A stretch of 64,000 bases of DNA from positions 31,303 through 95,302 of the forward strand of contig JAHDFM010000006.1 of the NCBI GenBank assembly GCA_020628165.1, given 5' to 3'. Both the position numbers and the translations under genes were made by a program. The DNA is from Bdellovibrionales bacterium (lineage in GTDB: Bacteria > Bdellovibrionota > Bdellovibrionia > Bdellovibrionales > UBA1609). A model generated the notes under the pieces. That model did not search any database, was not told the DNA's origin, and saw only the letters and a program-made list of their open reading frames with translations. Shown here one piece after another: positions 38,055-47,502 of the stretch; positions within the stretch are counted from its first letter, which is position 1; every line of letters starts with the position of its first letter.

Positions 38055-38173
38055 ACACTTGAGGCCTGTTTTAGACTTAATTCTATGATAAATCAACTAT
38101 TCACAACTTAAATGGACAAATTTTCTCCACTTCAGTAGTATCTGGAAACAATTTTTTAAAAAGGCTCATAATT

Positions 38174-38761
38174 ATGCAGTTGCAAGATGTTTGGAAAAGT
38201 AACTTTGAAGAAGCTAAAGACCTCCTCGTTCAGTGTTTTGAGAGTGAGCCTTTTGTGAAATCACTTGAAGAGCTCACAGCTCTAGGTATCGAGTGTTACA
38301 AAAACCAAGGAAAATTAATGGCTTGTGGTAATGGCGGCAGCCACTGTGATGCCATGCACTTGTGTGAGGAGCTGACGGGCAAGTACCGTAAGGACCGCAA
38401 ACCACTTGGCGCCATCGCTTTGGGTGATGCCAGCCATGTTACTTGTGTGAGCAATGACTATGGATACGAGTATGTATTTTCTAGACAGGTTGAGGCATTG
38501 GGTAAAAAAGAAGATCTTTTTGTTGGTATTTCCACTAGTGGCTATTCACAAAATGTGATTCTAGCAGCCGAAAAAGCTAAAGCACTCGGTATGAAAACGG
38601 TGGCTTTGACTGGAAAATCTGGCGGCACTTTAAAAGATATAGTCGATTTAGCAATCATAGTGCCTTCACAGGTGACCGATAGAATCCAAGAAGTGCACAT
38701 TAAGATCATTCACACACTCATCCAAAGTATCGAACGTCATTTTTTTCCTGAAAATTATTAA
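38174..38761 (+). CDS. gmhA: Phosphoheptose isomerase (SIS domain)
   Basis: CGNGGSHCDAMHLCEELTG, ISTSGYSQNV and DRIQEVHIKIIH closely follow the GmhA pattern. Confidence 0.9.
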   Translation: MQLQDVWKSNFEEAKDLLVQCFESEPFVKSLEELTALGIECYKNQGKLMACGNGGSHCDAMHLCEELTGKYRKDRKPLGAIALGDASHVTCVSNDYGYEYVFSRQVEALGKKEDLFVGISTSGYSQNVILAAEKAKALGMKTVALTGKSGGTLKDIVDLAIIVPSQVTDRIQEVHIKIIHTLIQSIERHFFPENY

Positions 38762-38837
38762 CAAATATTGCCGCCGTCATAAATTTGTGGCAGATTTTGC
38801 TTTAGTTATATAAATTCAGCTTTAAATAACTCTACGC

Positions 38838-38929
38838 GGAGAAGTGGGTGAGTGGCTGAAACCAGCAGATTGCTAATTTGTCGTACGATTAAGGTCGTAC
38901 CGAGAGTTCGAATCTCTCCTTCTCCGCCA
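38838..38929 (+). tRNA. tRNA-Ser (anticodon GCU)
   Basis: Hand fold: acceptor GGAGAAG/CTTCTCC, anticodon loop TTGCTAA, long variable arm, TTCGAAT T-loop, encoded CCA. Confidence 0.85.
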
Positions 38930-38971
38930 TTCAGTTTCAGATCCTCTCTTCCGCCACAAAATGATTTAATG

Positions 38972-39037
38972 AATAAAACCTATGACAGATAAGAAAGGCA
39001 AATTAGAAATGATTTGATCGTGGTTGCCATTGGGAGC
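38972..39037. repeat. 66-nt intergenic repeat, copy A
   Basis: 56/66 identical, without gaps, to 41265-41330. Lies just 3' of the minus-strand gene ending at 39069. Confidence 0.8.
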
Positions 39038-39068
39038 CCTGAATCAATGTGGAACACATTTTATACTA

Positions 39069-41063
39069 TTATTTTTTAGACTGTCTGATCATGATCATGT
39101 CTTTAAGGTTGTTGTATAAATGGTGACTAGGAACCCAGATATCAAATTTACCATCATCAGTGACTTCGAGCCATTTCGATTTTTGTAAAGTTTGATTGTA
39201 GTTGGAATACTTGCCCCAGCTGTTTCTAAGTTTATATTCACACTGCTTTAGTTGAGAGTCGTACCTCATGTCGCTAAGTAGGTAAGTGTGCCCGCCACAT
39301 TGATTGTGTAGTTTAGAACCGTACTTGTTGTACCTAAAGTTTGTATCATAGTTATTTATCATATAAAGGGTGTCGGAGTAATTTCTATCTAAATCAACGA
39401 TATATTGTTTAGTCACTTCATGTATTAAACCTTGGTTACATACAGATATACCAACGCCCATGAACTGACGGCTATTAATGTTTTCTTGAATTCCATTAAT
39501 CATATCATGGTAATTGTAGTCATCTTTAAAGTTACGATCAAAAAGTTCGCTTACGTATCCATTGCGTGGATATATGATCTTATTACCTGCAGGGAAGTAA
39601 TCAAAATTCTCTAAATCAAATTTCAGTGCATCAAGTTTAAATTCTTCACCACGTAAGTAAGCTGCGTTTCCACACGTCATCATCGACGTATTTCTTAAGA
39701 GTACTTTTTGAAGTAATTCAACATTAATCTTTTCACGAACTTGTTTGATCGCAGCAACAGGGTCGTTTTCTATCATTTCAAAAACTTCAGTATCTCTTCT
39801 ATTTTCCGTAAATGAACTAATGGCTCCAAATAAACCAGAGAATGTTTTTAGTAGATCAATCATTTCTTCTTTTGGAGTGTCACCATTATAGTTGTCTGGG
39901 TCTTTCAATAAGCGAATCAAATCAAAAGTTTGATAATACTGTTTTGTTTTAGTTGGATTAGTTGCACCCATTTCCCATGAGGATTGTGGGCAGGCACCAA
40001 AGCCGAGTGCGGATTTAATAGATAAGTCTGTGTGACCACCATCAAAATCATTTATCTTTTCATCTTTACCTTCATTTTGAAAAGTGTATAAAGCTGAAAT
40101 AAAATAGGCTGAAGTGTCTCCTTGCCAAGTTTTCCTCATAGTATTGAGGTCGTTTTCAGGTATGTTAAATTGACCGCTGGTCCAATACCAAGGGTTTGCA
40201 TAGTTGGATTCAAAACGGACAACTTGTCTATAAATATCCAACATCTCTGCAGCTAAATTAGCATAACAAGTTCCACCAATTTGATCTCGAACTTCGCGGT
40301 GCTCTAAAATTGTATTAACAATAGATTGTCTTGAAAGTATAGGCATGTTTCCTGGACTTAAACTGGGCTTGGTGCAATCTTGTTCGTCATCAAAAATGGG
40401 AGCTGGGACATTTAAATTAAAAGTTTTTATATAGTTCCCCTCATTGATGCCTTTAACAAAATCAATGGGAATGGGCTGAGAATATCTATTATAAAAATTA
40501 GTTGGGATCTCAAAATTAGAATTGAGTGTTAGACTTTTTTTCATGAGTTCCAATTCATAAGGGAGATCTAAACTTCTAATATTCTGAATCAATTTTTGTT
40601 TATCAGGTTCTATTAATAATAAGTATCTATAGGCATAAGAAATTCTGAATTTATATGAGGCATAGGAAAAGATATTATCTTCATTGGAGTTAAGAAAAGG
40701 TTTAACGTCGAATTTCCAATCTTGAGCGTATCGACTCCATGTTTTACCAACAGTATTCGCATCAAAAAGGTCAGAAGCGATAGAATACCAAACAACATAG
40801 CGTATCAGAGCACGCATAATTATTTTTTTGTCATTTGGAAAGTTTGCATCATCAAAAGATGTTAACGCATACTTGATGCCTTCTTTATCATAATTATTAA
40901 TGGCCTTGTATATATTGTAATTTAAATTTTCATCAGGTTTTTTTAAATAAGTACTGTGTAATAAAAAACCTTTGATTGAATGATAAATACTTTGATCAAT
41001 AGGCTCAGCAGAAACTGAAAAATTTGAAAAAGTGAGGACTAATAGTAGTATTAATTTTTTCAT
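39069..41063 (-). CDS. Secreted papain-like (C1-like) cysteine peptidase with a large N-terminal region
   Basis: DQIGGTCYANLAA (Gln/Cys), CGGHTYLL (His) and RNSWG (Asn-Ser-Trp) in papain order. Signal peptide after the MKKLILLL start. Confidence 0.65.
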   Translation of the reverse strand: MKKLILLLVLTFSNFSVSAEPIDQSIYHSIKGFLLHSTYLKKPDENLNYNIYKAINNYDKEGIKYALTSFDDANFPNDKKIIMRALIRYVVWYSIASDLFDANTVGKTWSRYAQDWKFDVKPFLNSNEDNIFSYASYKFRISYAYRYLLLIEPDKQKLIQNIRSLDLPYELELMKKSLTLNSNFEIPTNFYNRYSQPIPIDFVKGINEGNYIKTFNLNVPAPIFDDEQDCTKPSLSPGNMPILSRQSIVNTILEHREVRDQIGGTCYANLAAEMLDIYRQVVRFESNYANPWYWTSGQFNIPENDLNTMRKTWQGDTSAYFISALYTFQNEGKDEKINDFDGGHTDLSIKSALGFGACPQSSWEMGATNPTKTKQYYQTFDLIRLLKDPDNYNGDTPKEEMIDLLKTFSGLFGAISSFTENRRDTEVFEMIENDPVAAIKQVREKINVELLQKVLLRNTSMMTCGNAAYLRGEEFKLDALKFDLENFDYFPAGNKIIYPRNGYVSELFDRNFKDDYNYHDMINGIQENINSRQFMGVGISVCNQGLIHEVTKQYIVDLDRNYSDTLYMINNYDTNFRYNKYGSKLHNQCGGHTYLLSDMRYDSQLKQCEYKLRNSWGKYSNYNQTLQKSKWLEVTDDGKFDIWVPSHHLYNNLKDMIMIRQSKK

Positions 41064-41264
41064 ATCTGAATGTAAAAGCAAAGTTAGCGCCAATTTTCAA
41101 CAGATAAATTAAGTAAAATTATCTGTAAGTAGCTGAGAACACTTGAAAAGCTAGATTGTTAAAAAGTTAGATTTTGACTTAAGTGTGTCTGCTAAAAAAT
41201 TGATCTTCAGCTGTATACTTTCTATACATTTAGTGGACTTCGCTTTTTCCCATGAGGTGTAATA

Positions 41265-41330
41265 AATAGAACCTATGACAAAAAAGCAAGCCAAATTAGA
41301 ACTGATTTGATCTGACTTGCCATTGGGAGC
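41265..41330. repeat. 66-nt intergenic repeat, copy B
   Basis: 56/66 identical to 38972-39037. Lies just 3' of the minus-strand gene ending at 41347. Confidence 0.8.
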
Positions 41331-41346
41331 TTGGATCCTTCAGTGA

Positions 41347-42405
41347 TCATTTGAGAGTATAAAAGTAATCAACACCCATATAGATTCTTTCTAAAAACTG
41401 GCTGTCTAATTTAGGAGATAGGCCAACTTTATTAATATCAGTAGTGTAACTTCTAGCTGCATGTTGTATCCATATTCTTGCGTTGTCTTCTCTGAGCAAG
41501 TTATCCATTTCTTTGTATGATTCAACAGTTCTTTCATGATCAAAATTAAAATATGGAACAGGAAATTTAGCTTTACGTTCTGGGTAGGTAAACTTCATGA
41601 AGTTACTGACAGATGCATAGAGATCACCAGAAAGATAACGAACTCCTGCATTTAAATTTAATCGGAGGATTTGATGCCCAGGAGTGTGACCAGGAGATTT
41701 TATGAGCATGGCACTGCCGTCTCCAAAAACATCAGCATTATCTTCAGTCACTATCTGAACCTGATTAGGTAATGTCGTTAAGATGTCCATGTCGTAATGA
41801 TAGTCTTTTGCTGGGGTAGGGCTATTGTATGCATCGAGCTCTTCTTTTTGGATAAGAATTTGTGCGTTTGGAAACAGCTCCATATTGCCAGCATGATCGT
41901 AATGCAAATGTGATAAGGCAATATAATTAACATCTTCTGGCTTTACGCCCAAATCATCTAATTGGCGAATTAAACCATACTCAGTGACATAAAAACGGAA
42001 CAAGAAGCGAGTCAAATATCCGATAAAACCATCTTTTTCTTTACCCTTACCTTTGGGGCCATATTCATCAATGATAGAGTCAGGGTTTCCGGCTTCCCAC
42101 AATAAGTACTTGCCATTATTTCTTACGAGCAGGCATGGGTTGGTTTTGTATATACTATTTGATCCAGTGGGAAGCTTGTAATTTAAACTGAGTAACACTC
42201 TAACTATGTCCATTGGGATATCGGTCCACAATTTAGTGTGTAAATATTTGGACTTATTACGAATGGTTCCGCAATTTAGAACATGGACAGTTTTATCATA
42301 GGAATTCAGTGATTCTAATTTGTCCATTTCTTCAACAGACATGCCATAAACTGGCAGAAAAAAAACGAATATTAAAGGTAAAATTACTGCTTTAACTAAA
42401 CTCAT
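41347..42405 (-). CDS. Secreted MBL-fold metallo-hydrolase (lactonase-like)
   Basis: SHLHYDHAGN (HxHxDH) and a downstream PGHTPGH. Signal peptide present. Confidence 0.85.
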   Translation of the reverse strand: MSLVKAVILPLIFVFFLPVYGMSVEEMDKLESLNSYDKTVHVLNCGTIRNKSKYLHTKLWTDIPMDIVRVLLSLNYKLPTGSNSIYKTNPCLLVRNNGKYLLWEAGNPDSIIDEYGPKGKGKEKDGFIGYLTRFLFRFYVTEYGLIRQLDDLGVKPEDVNYIALSHLHYDHAGNMELFPNAQILIQKEELDAYNSPTPAKDYHYDMDILTTLPNQVQIVTEDNADVFGDGSAMLIKSPGHTPGHQILRLNLNAGVRYLSGDLYASVSNFMKFTYPERKAKFPVPYFNFDHERTVESYKEMDNLLREDNARIWIQHAARSYTTDINKVGLSPKLDSQFLERIYMGVDYFYTLK

Positions 42406-42602
42406 GCGTCTGTTCTCCTATATTTTATAAAGAAGAGCAATTACAATGCCATATAATTAGCGGTAGCATGGCTTATTTCAAAGCTTATAAATGGCGACAT
42501 GGTCAGATATAGGCTTCTGTAAATAGTTTTTTAAATATGCAAAAGTTGAACTTTAGGGTTTTAAATTGCAAAGTGATAGAGGTCACTTTGCAACAAAGTG
42601 AT

Positions 42603-42983
42603 TTAAATTTTTGAATGCAATCCAAACATATTCCCGTCGGGATCTATCGCCAAAGAAATAAAGCCATGAGGGCCAATTGAAAATTTACTTTGCTTGATCT
42701 GACCACCATTTTCGGTGACTCGCTTTTCTTCAGTGGCACAGTCATCGCATGAGAAGTAAATGAGGGTACTGTTTTGCCCAACAGGAGCTCCTTCCATTCT
42801 GACCAATGCACCAGTGGCTCCGTAAGTTTCCATGCTGCCTTCAAAGCATAGCATCTCAACGTGCATTTCAGGGTTTGGGTTTTCTAATTTCTCAAGCTTT
42901 GTGTTGAGTACTGATTCGTAAAAAGTTTGTGCCTTATTTAAATCAGACACATAGATTTCAAACCATCCAACTGGATTTGTCAT
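42603..42983 (-). CDS. VOC/glyoxalase-family protein
   Basis: The MTNPVGWFEIYVSDLNKAQTFYE start is typical of the family (an internal ATG of the listed ORF). Confidence 0.85.
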   Translation of the reverse strand: MTNPVGWFEIYVSDLNKAQTFYESVLNTKLEKLENPNPEMHVEMLCFEGSMETYGATGALVRMEGAPVGQNSTLIYFSCDDCATEEKRVTENGGQIKQSKFSIGPHGFISLAIDPDGNMFGLHSKI

Positions 42984-43110
42984 ATTCACTCCTTTGTTTG
43001 TGCATTTATTTTTGCGCAACAGACAATATATTCAAGTTTTATTTTGATTTTATTAGGACGGAGATAATATAACTTTTTAGATGCACTCATTTTAAAAAAG
43101 TAGGTGATTT

Positions 43111-43962
43111 ATGAGTATCAAGTTAAGTCATTTCCCAACTCCCTTTTCAGATTTAAAAAACAAAACAGGCAAACACAAAGATTGGTTTGGTCTAGAGTTC
43201 TTTCAAATATTTTGCGAACAGATTAATGCAAATAATAAGTTGTTTGATAATAAAAAAATATTAAGTGCTTACAAGAAAGATTATAAAAAATGTGAGCTCA
43301 AAGAGCGTTTGAATCTTCTGGCGGAGCTTTTAAACAATCACCTCGATATGAGTTACAAAAAAAAAGTAAAAACATTTGAATCTGTTTTGGGAAAGCCCCT
43401 GCCTTTTGAAGAAGGTATGTTCACCCACTGTTTTTTTCTTTACCCAGTTTCTCAATTTATTGAAAACTACGGTCACCAAGATTTAGAGACCAGCTTAAAG
43501 TTTATAGAAAAACTGACCATGCGATTTACCGGGGAGTGGGCCATTCGGCCACTGGCCAATCAAAACCCTAAAAAAGTACTGATCCAAATGAAGGAGTGGT
43601 CAAAGCATAAAAACTTTCATGTGAGAAGGTTGTCTTCTGAAGGTTTACGCGCACGACTACCATGGGGAAAAAAGATCACTTGGATTGATGAAACCCCAGA
43701 AAAAAGCCTTCCTATCTATACTAAATTACGCAATGACAAAGTGTTATATGTTAGAAGGTCGGTCGCAAACTCAATGGGCGATGTGATTAAAATTAACGAT
43801 GACCTCGCTTATGCTACGTTTGAAAACTGGCTCAGCAAACGACTTACTAAAAATAACCTTTGGGTCATTAAGCATGCTATTCGTACACCAGTTAAAAAAG
43901 GTGACAAAAAGTATGTTGCTTTGAAAAACAAAGTTACAAAACTTGAAAAAGGACTTAGCTAA
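43111..43962 (+). CDS. DNA alkylation repair (AlkC/AlkD-like HEAT-repeat) protein
   Basis: HVRRLSSEGLRARLPWG and YVRRSVANSMGD motifs. Confidence 0.7.
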   Translation: MSIKLSHFPTPFSDLKNKTGKHKDWFGLEFFQIFCEQINANNKLFDNKKILSAYKKDYKKCELKERLNLLAELLNNHLDMSYKKKVKTFESVLGKPLPFEEGMFTHCFFLYPVSQFIENYGHQDLETSLKFIEKLTMRFTGEWAIRPLANQNPKKVLIQMKEWSKHKNFHVRRLSSEGLRARLPWGKKITWIDETPEKSLPIYTKLRNDKVLYVRRSVANSMGDVIKINDDLAYATFENWLSKRLTKNNLWVIKHAIRTPVKKGDKKYVALKNKVTKLEKGLS

Positions 43963-44355
43963 CTATTGAAACAAAACTTTAACAGCTGTTCTTAGCGCTA
44001 GTCCTATAATGGGTATTAAACTAAAAAACATTCCTGGAAAACGGAGCTTCACTTTATTTTGTAAGACAGCTACAGCGTGAATGTGGCGAGCCACGATAAA
44101 CACTCCAGCAAAAATAAATAGAGTGGTCTGTCCAAGCCCTTGCAGCTCAGCCATGAGTAAAATAATTAAGAATAGCGGCGTATATTCCATAAAGTTGCCG
44201 TGAGCTCGTACACGGTACAAAAGCTCGTCATTGCCATCAAGCCCAAGTGAGACTCTTTTGGATCTACGATAACGAATCACTCGCAAGGTTAAAAACATAA
44301 AAAGGGGGAGCAACAATGTTAGTGTTAAAGTTGTAACCGGAAGATGAAAACTCAT
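43963..44355 (-). CDS. MAPEG-family membrane protein (YecN-like)
   Basis: 130 aa, four hydrophobic helices, RAHGNFMEYTP motif. Confidence 0.8.
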   Translation of the reverse strand: MSFHLPVTTLTLTLLLPLFMFLTLRVIRYRRSKRVSLGLDGNDELLYRVRAHGNFMEYTPLFLIILLMAELQGLGQTTLFIFAGVFIVARHIHAVAVLQNKVKLRFPGMFFSLIPIIGLALRTAVKVLFQ

Positions 44356-44372
44356 GGTGATGTCCTTGTTTC

Positions 44373-45188
44373 TTACAAATAGTCAGTGAAGCCGGCATTA
44401 AGATTCACCTTAAGGCTTGGTGTGATTAACTTGGGCTCATTGAGGCCTGCATCTTTTGTGGTCCTAAATTTTATAAAGTCTTCTTTCGTGGTTGTTTGAT
44501 TGATAGCTTTATTACTAGTTTTTTGTTCTAAAACAGTGCTTGAATATTTTAAAGCACGCCCCTCAGGTGGGTAATCATGTCCAGTGCAGGTTAAGTAGTC
44601 CTCTGGAAAGTCATAGATCTTTTGAATGGAGTTATATAACTCTTCAGCACTTCCTCCAGGGAAGTCACAGCGACCGCAGCCAATGTCAGGCATAAAGAGG
44701 GCATCACCAACAAAGAGGTACTTGCCAATACTAAATGTTGTACAAGCGGGTGTGTGACCTGGAGTGAAGAGTACTGTTACTTGAATGACATCATCAAGGC
44801 TAAGTATCTGACCATCAGAAAGCAGCAGATCAAATTGTCTTCCATCAGCTCCCAGTTGATCAGCTAAGTTTAAATTTTGAGCTAATAACTTTTGAACCTC
44901 CGCAATGTTCTTATTTATCGCAATGGAAGCTTCTGGAAATTTTTCTTTTAAAACCTGACTGGCAGAAAGATGATCAGCATGCACGTGAGTTTCAAGGATA
45001 TATTTTACATTGAGTTGATTTGACTTAAGATAAGCAATGACATCATTGATGCTATTGTTCTCCGTGGAGTTTGTCTCGGCATTGTAGTCTAACACAGGGT
45101 CGATCACTAGGGCTGCGTTGGTTATTTCATTGCTGATAACGTAGGTAAAAGTAGATGTTTGTGGGTCGAAAAACTCTTTTAATTGCAT
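44373..45188 (-). CDS. MBL-fold hydrolase (glyoxalase II / persulfide dioxygenase-like)
   Basis: ETHVHADH motif, TPGHTP, GDALF. Confidence 0.85.
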   Translation of the reverse strand: MQLKEFFDPQTSTFTYVISNEITNAALVIDPVLDYNAETNSTENNSINDVIAYLKSNQLNVKYILETHVHADHLSASQVLKEKFPEASIAINKNIAEVQKLLAQNLNLADQLGADGRQFDLLLSDGQILSLDDVIQVTVLFTPGHTPACTTFSIGKYLFVGDALFMPDIGCGRCDFPGGSAEELYNSIQKIYDFPEDYLTCTGHDYPPEGRALKYSSTVLEQKTSNKAINQTTTKEDFIKFRTTKDAGLNEPKLITPSLKVNLNAGFTDYL

Positions 45189-45422
45189 ATTGTCCTTCTT
45201 CTGTTTTACTTCTCAATCACATACTTTTGCCAACTGTTCAAACCATTGCATGAATCTAAATAAAAATAATTTAAGTTAACATTGTTTTATCTAGTCGAGT
45301 GTCAAGTTTAACCAGATCAAAGTCTACCAAAAAAAACAAATTAGTTAAAATAATCAAGAACTTAAATTAAATTGAAAAGACAGTGTTAAAACAATGACTT
45401 TATATTCTACTAGGAGAGTTCA

Positions 45423-45893
45423 ATGAGTAAGTTGTTTATAGTTATAGTGGCGTTCACATTCACCAATGTTTCATTTGCGTTTATGGGCAAAGGCAAGGGC
45501 AAAGGAGAATGCGCACAGAAGTATTCTTGTAAAGATAAAAAAGATGAAGAGAAAATATCTTGCTGGACAGAGCGTTTGGCTTGCAACAAAGGCAAACATC
45601 AAGAAAAACTGGCTAAACTAAAAACCAAAGTGGGCAATAAAAACTTTGCTAAACTTAAAGAGAAAAAAATAAGTCGACTTAATAAAAGAGTTGAAAAGTC
45701 AGAAGAGAAACTCAAAAAAGTTCAAAGTAAGTTGGCTGAAATGAAAGACGGTATGGCAAAGATGTCAGGCGATCAAGGTTTAAAAGACGCAATGGCTAAA
45801 AAAATCAAAATGAAAGAAGCCAGAGTAAATCATATCAACGAGCGTATTAAAATGTTGAATGATTATAAATCACAAATAGAAGCACTAAATTAA
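45423..45893 (+). CDS. Secreted lysine-rich coiled-coil protein
   Basis: SD AGGAG and a signal peptide. Four Cys near the N-terminus, then a K/E-rich heptad-like sequence. Confidence 0.6.
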   Translation: MSKLFIVIVAFTFTNVSFAFMGKGKGKGECAQKYSCKDKKDEEKISCWTERLACNKGKHQEKLAKLKTKVGNKNFAKLKEKKISRLNKRVEKSEEKLKKVQSKLAEMKDGMAKMSGDQGLKDAMAKKIKMKEARVNHINERIKMLNDYKSQIEALN

Positions 45894-45943
45894 TCAAAAA
45901 TAAATAAAAATTGGGGTTCATCAACGTGCTTTTTAAAAGTATC

Positions 45944-45986
45944 GGCGGTGAGCCTCGCAATAGTCGACTTATAGCGAGGCTCCGCC
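45944..45986. terminator. GC-rich hairpin between convergent genes
   Basis: ggcggtgagcctcgc / gcgaggctccgcc arms (one bulge) around a loop containing GTCGAC. Confidence 0.6.
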
Positions 45987-46048
45987 TGTTTGAAATTATA
46001 AACTGTGAAGAGCCACTACTAAACAGATTATTTTTCATTGTGGGGGGT

Positions 46049-47353
46049 CTATGCATCTGGGGCTTTTTCCTCGATGATCTCAAGTTCTTGCCCGAGTCCT
46101 TCTGGTAAATTCTTATGGCTTTTGGCACCGAGTTTTTCAAGACGTCGCGCTTGTGTGAGCACTCGGCTTTCAAGGCGAGTCATGCCGGCGTGGTATTCAT
46201 TTTGTGCTTTGTCTAGAAACTTACCAACATTTGTATAAGCATCTACAAAATCACAGATTCTTTTGTGCAGCTCAGTCCCCGCTTTGGAAATGAGTTTGGC
46301 ATTTTCAGAAAGAACTTGTTCGTTCCATCCGTAGCGAATGACTTTTAACAAGCCAATGAGTGTGGGGGGCGTTGCTATCAGGATCTTTTTATCTAAAGCA
46401 TAATCAATAAGGTCTGCTTGAGTTTCTAAAGCGGCATACAAAAAACTCTCATTAGGTAGAAACATCACTGTAAAGTCAGCAGAGTCTTGCAAATTTTGCG
46501 CATAAGCTTTACTTGAAAGTTGCTTGATGTGGTTTTTCACATGCTGACCGTGACGTAACATTTGAGCTTCTTTATCTTTCTCGTTGTTACTTTCTAAAGA
46601 TTGCAAGAAGGCATCAATGGGTGTTTTTGCATCAACGTAGATGTATTTATTGCCAGGCATCTTTACGCTCATATCAGGGATGTACCGTTTACCATCAGAT
46701 GTTGTCGTTGACTCTTGAAAACTGACATCGGCAAACTCGGACATGCCAGCAAGCTCTATACAGTTTTTTAATTGCACTTCCCCCCAGCGGCCACGCACAT
46801 GGGGTTTTTTGAGGGCATTTTTTAAAGCTGCTGTTTCTTTAGTGAGATTAACGTTGATCTCGTTGATTTTCTTAAGCTCAGACTCTACCAGTGAGTAAGA
46901 CTTTTCGCGGTTAATTTCAAGATGCCTGACTTGGTCTTTGTATTCTTTTAATGTGTCTTTAAGTGGGGAGACGATTTCATTAAAGGATTGGAAGTTTTTT
47001 TCAAGGTGTGATTGGTTTTTAAGGCTTTCTTTTTCAATGGAGTTTCTAGCCATCTGTAAAAAGCTCTCGTTGTTTTGAGTCAGAGCATCGGCTGCAAGAC
47101 CTTTAAAGATGTCTGAAAAACTATCTTTAAGGTTTTGGGCATTTTGTTCTTGGTCACTGATATTTTTTTGTAAGAGCTCGTTTTCTGTTTTTATGCGTAT
47201 GAGTTCATTAATTAATTGTTGGTTTTCTTGATGAAGATGGTTTTTTTGATCTGTTAGGTTCTTAAATTTAAAAAACTTAAGGATGTATAAAATAACAACA
47301 GCCAACAAGGTGAAAATAGTAAAATAAAATAAAAATTGAAAACTGATCTGCAT
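46049..47353 (-). CDS. rmuC: DNA recombination protein RmuC
   Basis: N-terminal TM, long coiled coil, then the RmuC core RGRWGEVQL...PDMSV...YVDAK...FLP. Confidence 0.9.
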   Translation of the reverse strand: MQISFQFLFYFTIFTLLAVVILYILKFFKFKNLTDQKNHLHQENQQLINELIRIKTENELLQKNISDQEQNAQNLKDSFSDIFKGLAADALTQNNESFLQMARNSIEKESLKNQSHLEKNFQSFNEIVSPLKDTLKEYKDQVRHLEINREKSYSLVESELKKINEINVNLTKETAALKNALKKPHVRGRWGEVQLKNCIELAGMSEFADVSFQESTTTSDGKRYIPDMSVKMPGNKYIYVDAKTPIDAFLQSLESNNEKDKEAQMLRHGQHVKNHIKQLSSKAYAQNLQDSADFTVMFLPNESFLYAALETQADLIDYALDKKILIATPPTLIGLLKVIRYGWNEQVLSENAKLISKAGTELHKRICDFVDAYTNVGKFLDKAQNEYHAGMTRLESRVLTQARRLEKLGAKSHKNLPEGLGQELEIIEEKAPDA

Positions 47354-47449
47354 AGGTAAAAAGTTCTAGCACTAAAAAAAACTTTTTCAAAAGAAAAAAA
47401 CAAAAACTCGACCTGTAAGTCATTAATATTTTTTAAGAAATTTTTAAAA

Positions 47450-47502
47450 TGTGGATAAAATTGTGACTAACTTGTGATTAAAATGTGAGTAACTGTGGAG
47501 AA
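47450..47502 (+). promoter_or_regulatory. Array of five direct DnaA-box-like 9-mers
   Basis: TGTGGATAA (perfect complement of TTATCCACA), TGTGACTAA, TGTGATTAA, TGTGAGTAA, TGTGGAGAA. They start at 47450, 47462, 47473, 47484 and 47494. Confidence 0.6.

Noticed and set aside
37872-38096. 74-aa ORF, and the 5' extension of ORF 37466-38026
   Set aside because: Both overlap tRNA-Arg(ACG) at 37978-38054 on the same strand. The tRNA fold is convincing, so the CDS was trimmed to the TTG at 37957.
38942-38956. Degenerate copy of the tRNA-Ser(GCU) 3' end (tcctctcttccgcca) as an integration att scar
   Set aside because: Only 11 of 15 positions match in a pyrimidine-rich low-complexity context (the last 7 are identical), and no integrase is nearby. 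This is too weak on its own; it is a possible supporting detail for the repeat-flanked peptidase gene, not included in that finding.
45847-46238. Three small ORFs around the rmuC 3' end
   Set aside because: They overlap rmuC or the GC-rich terminator hairpin and have no SD. Their composition is driven by the palindrome.
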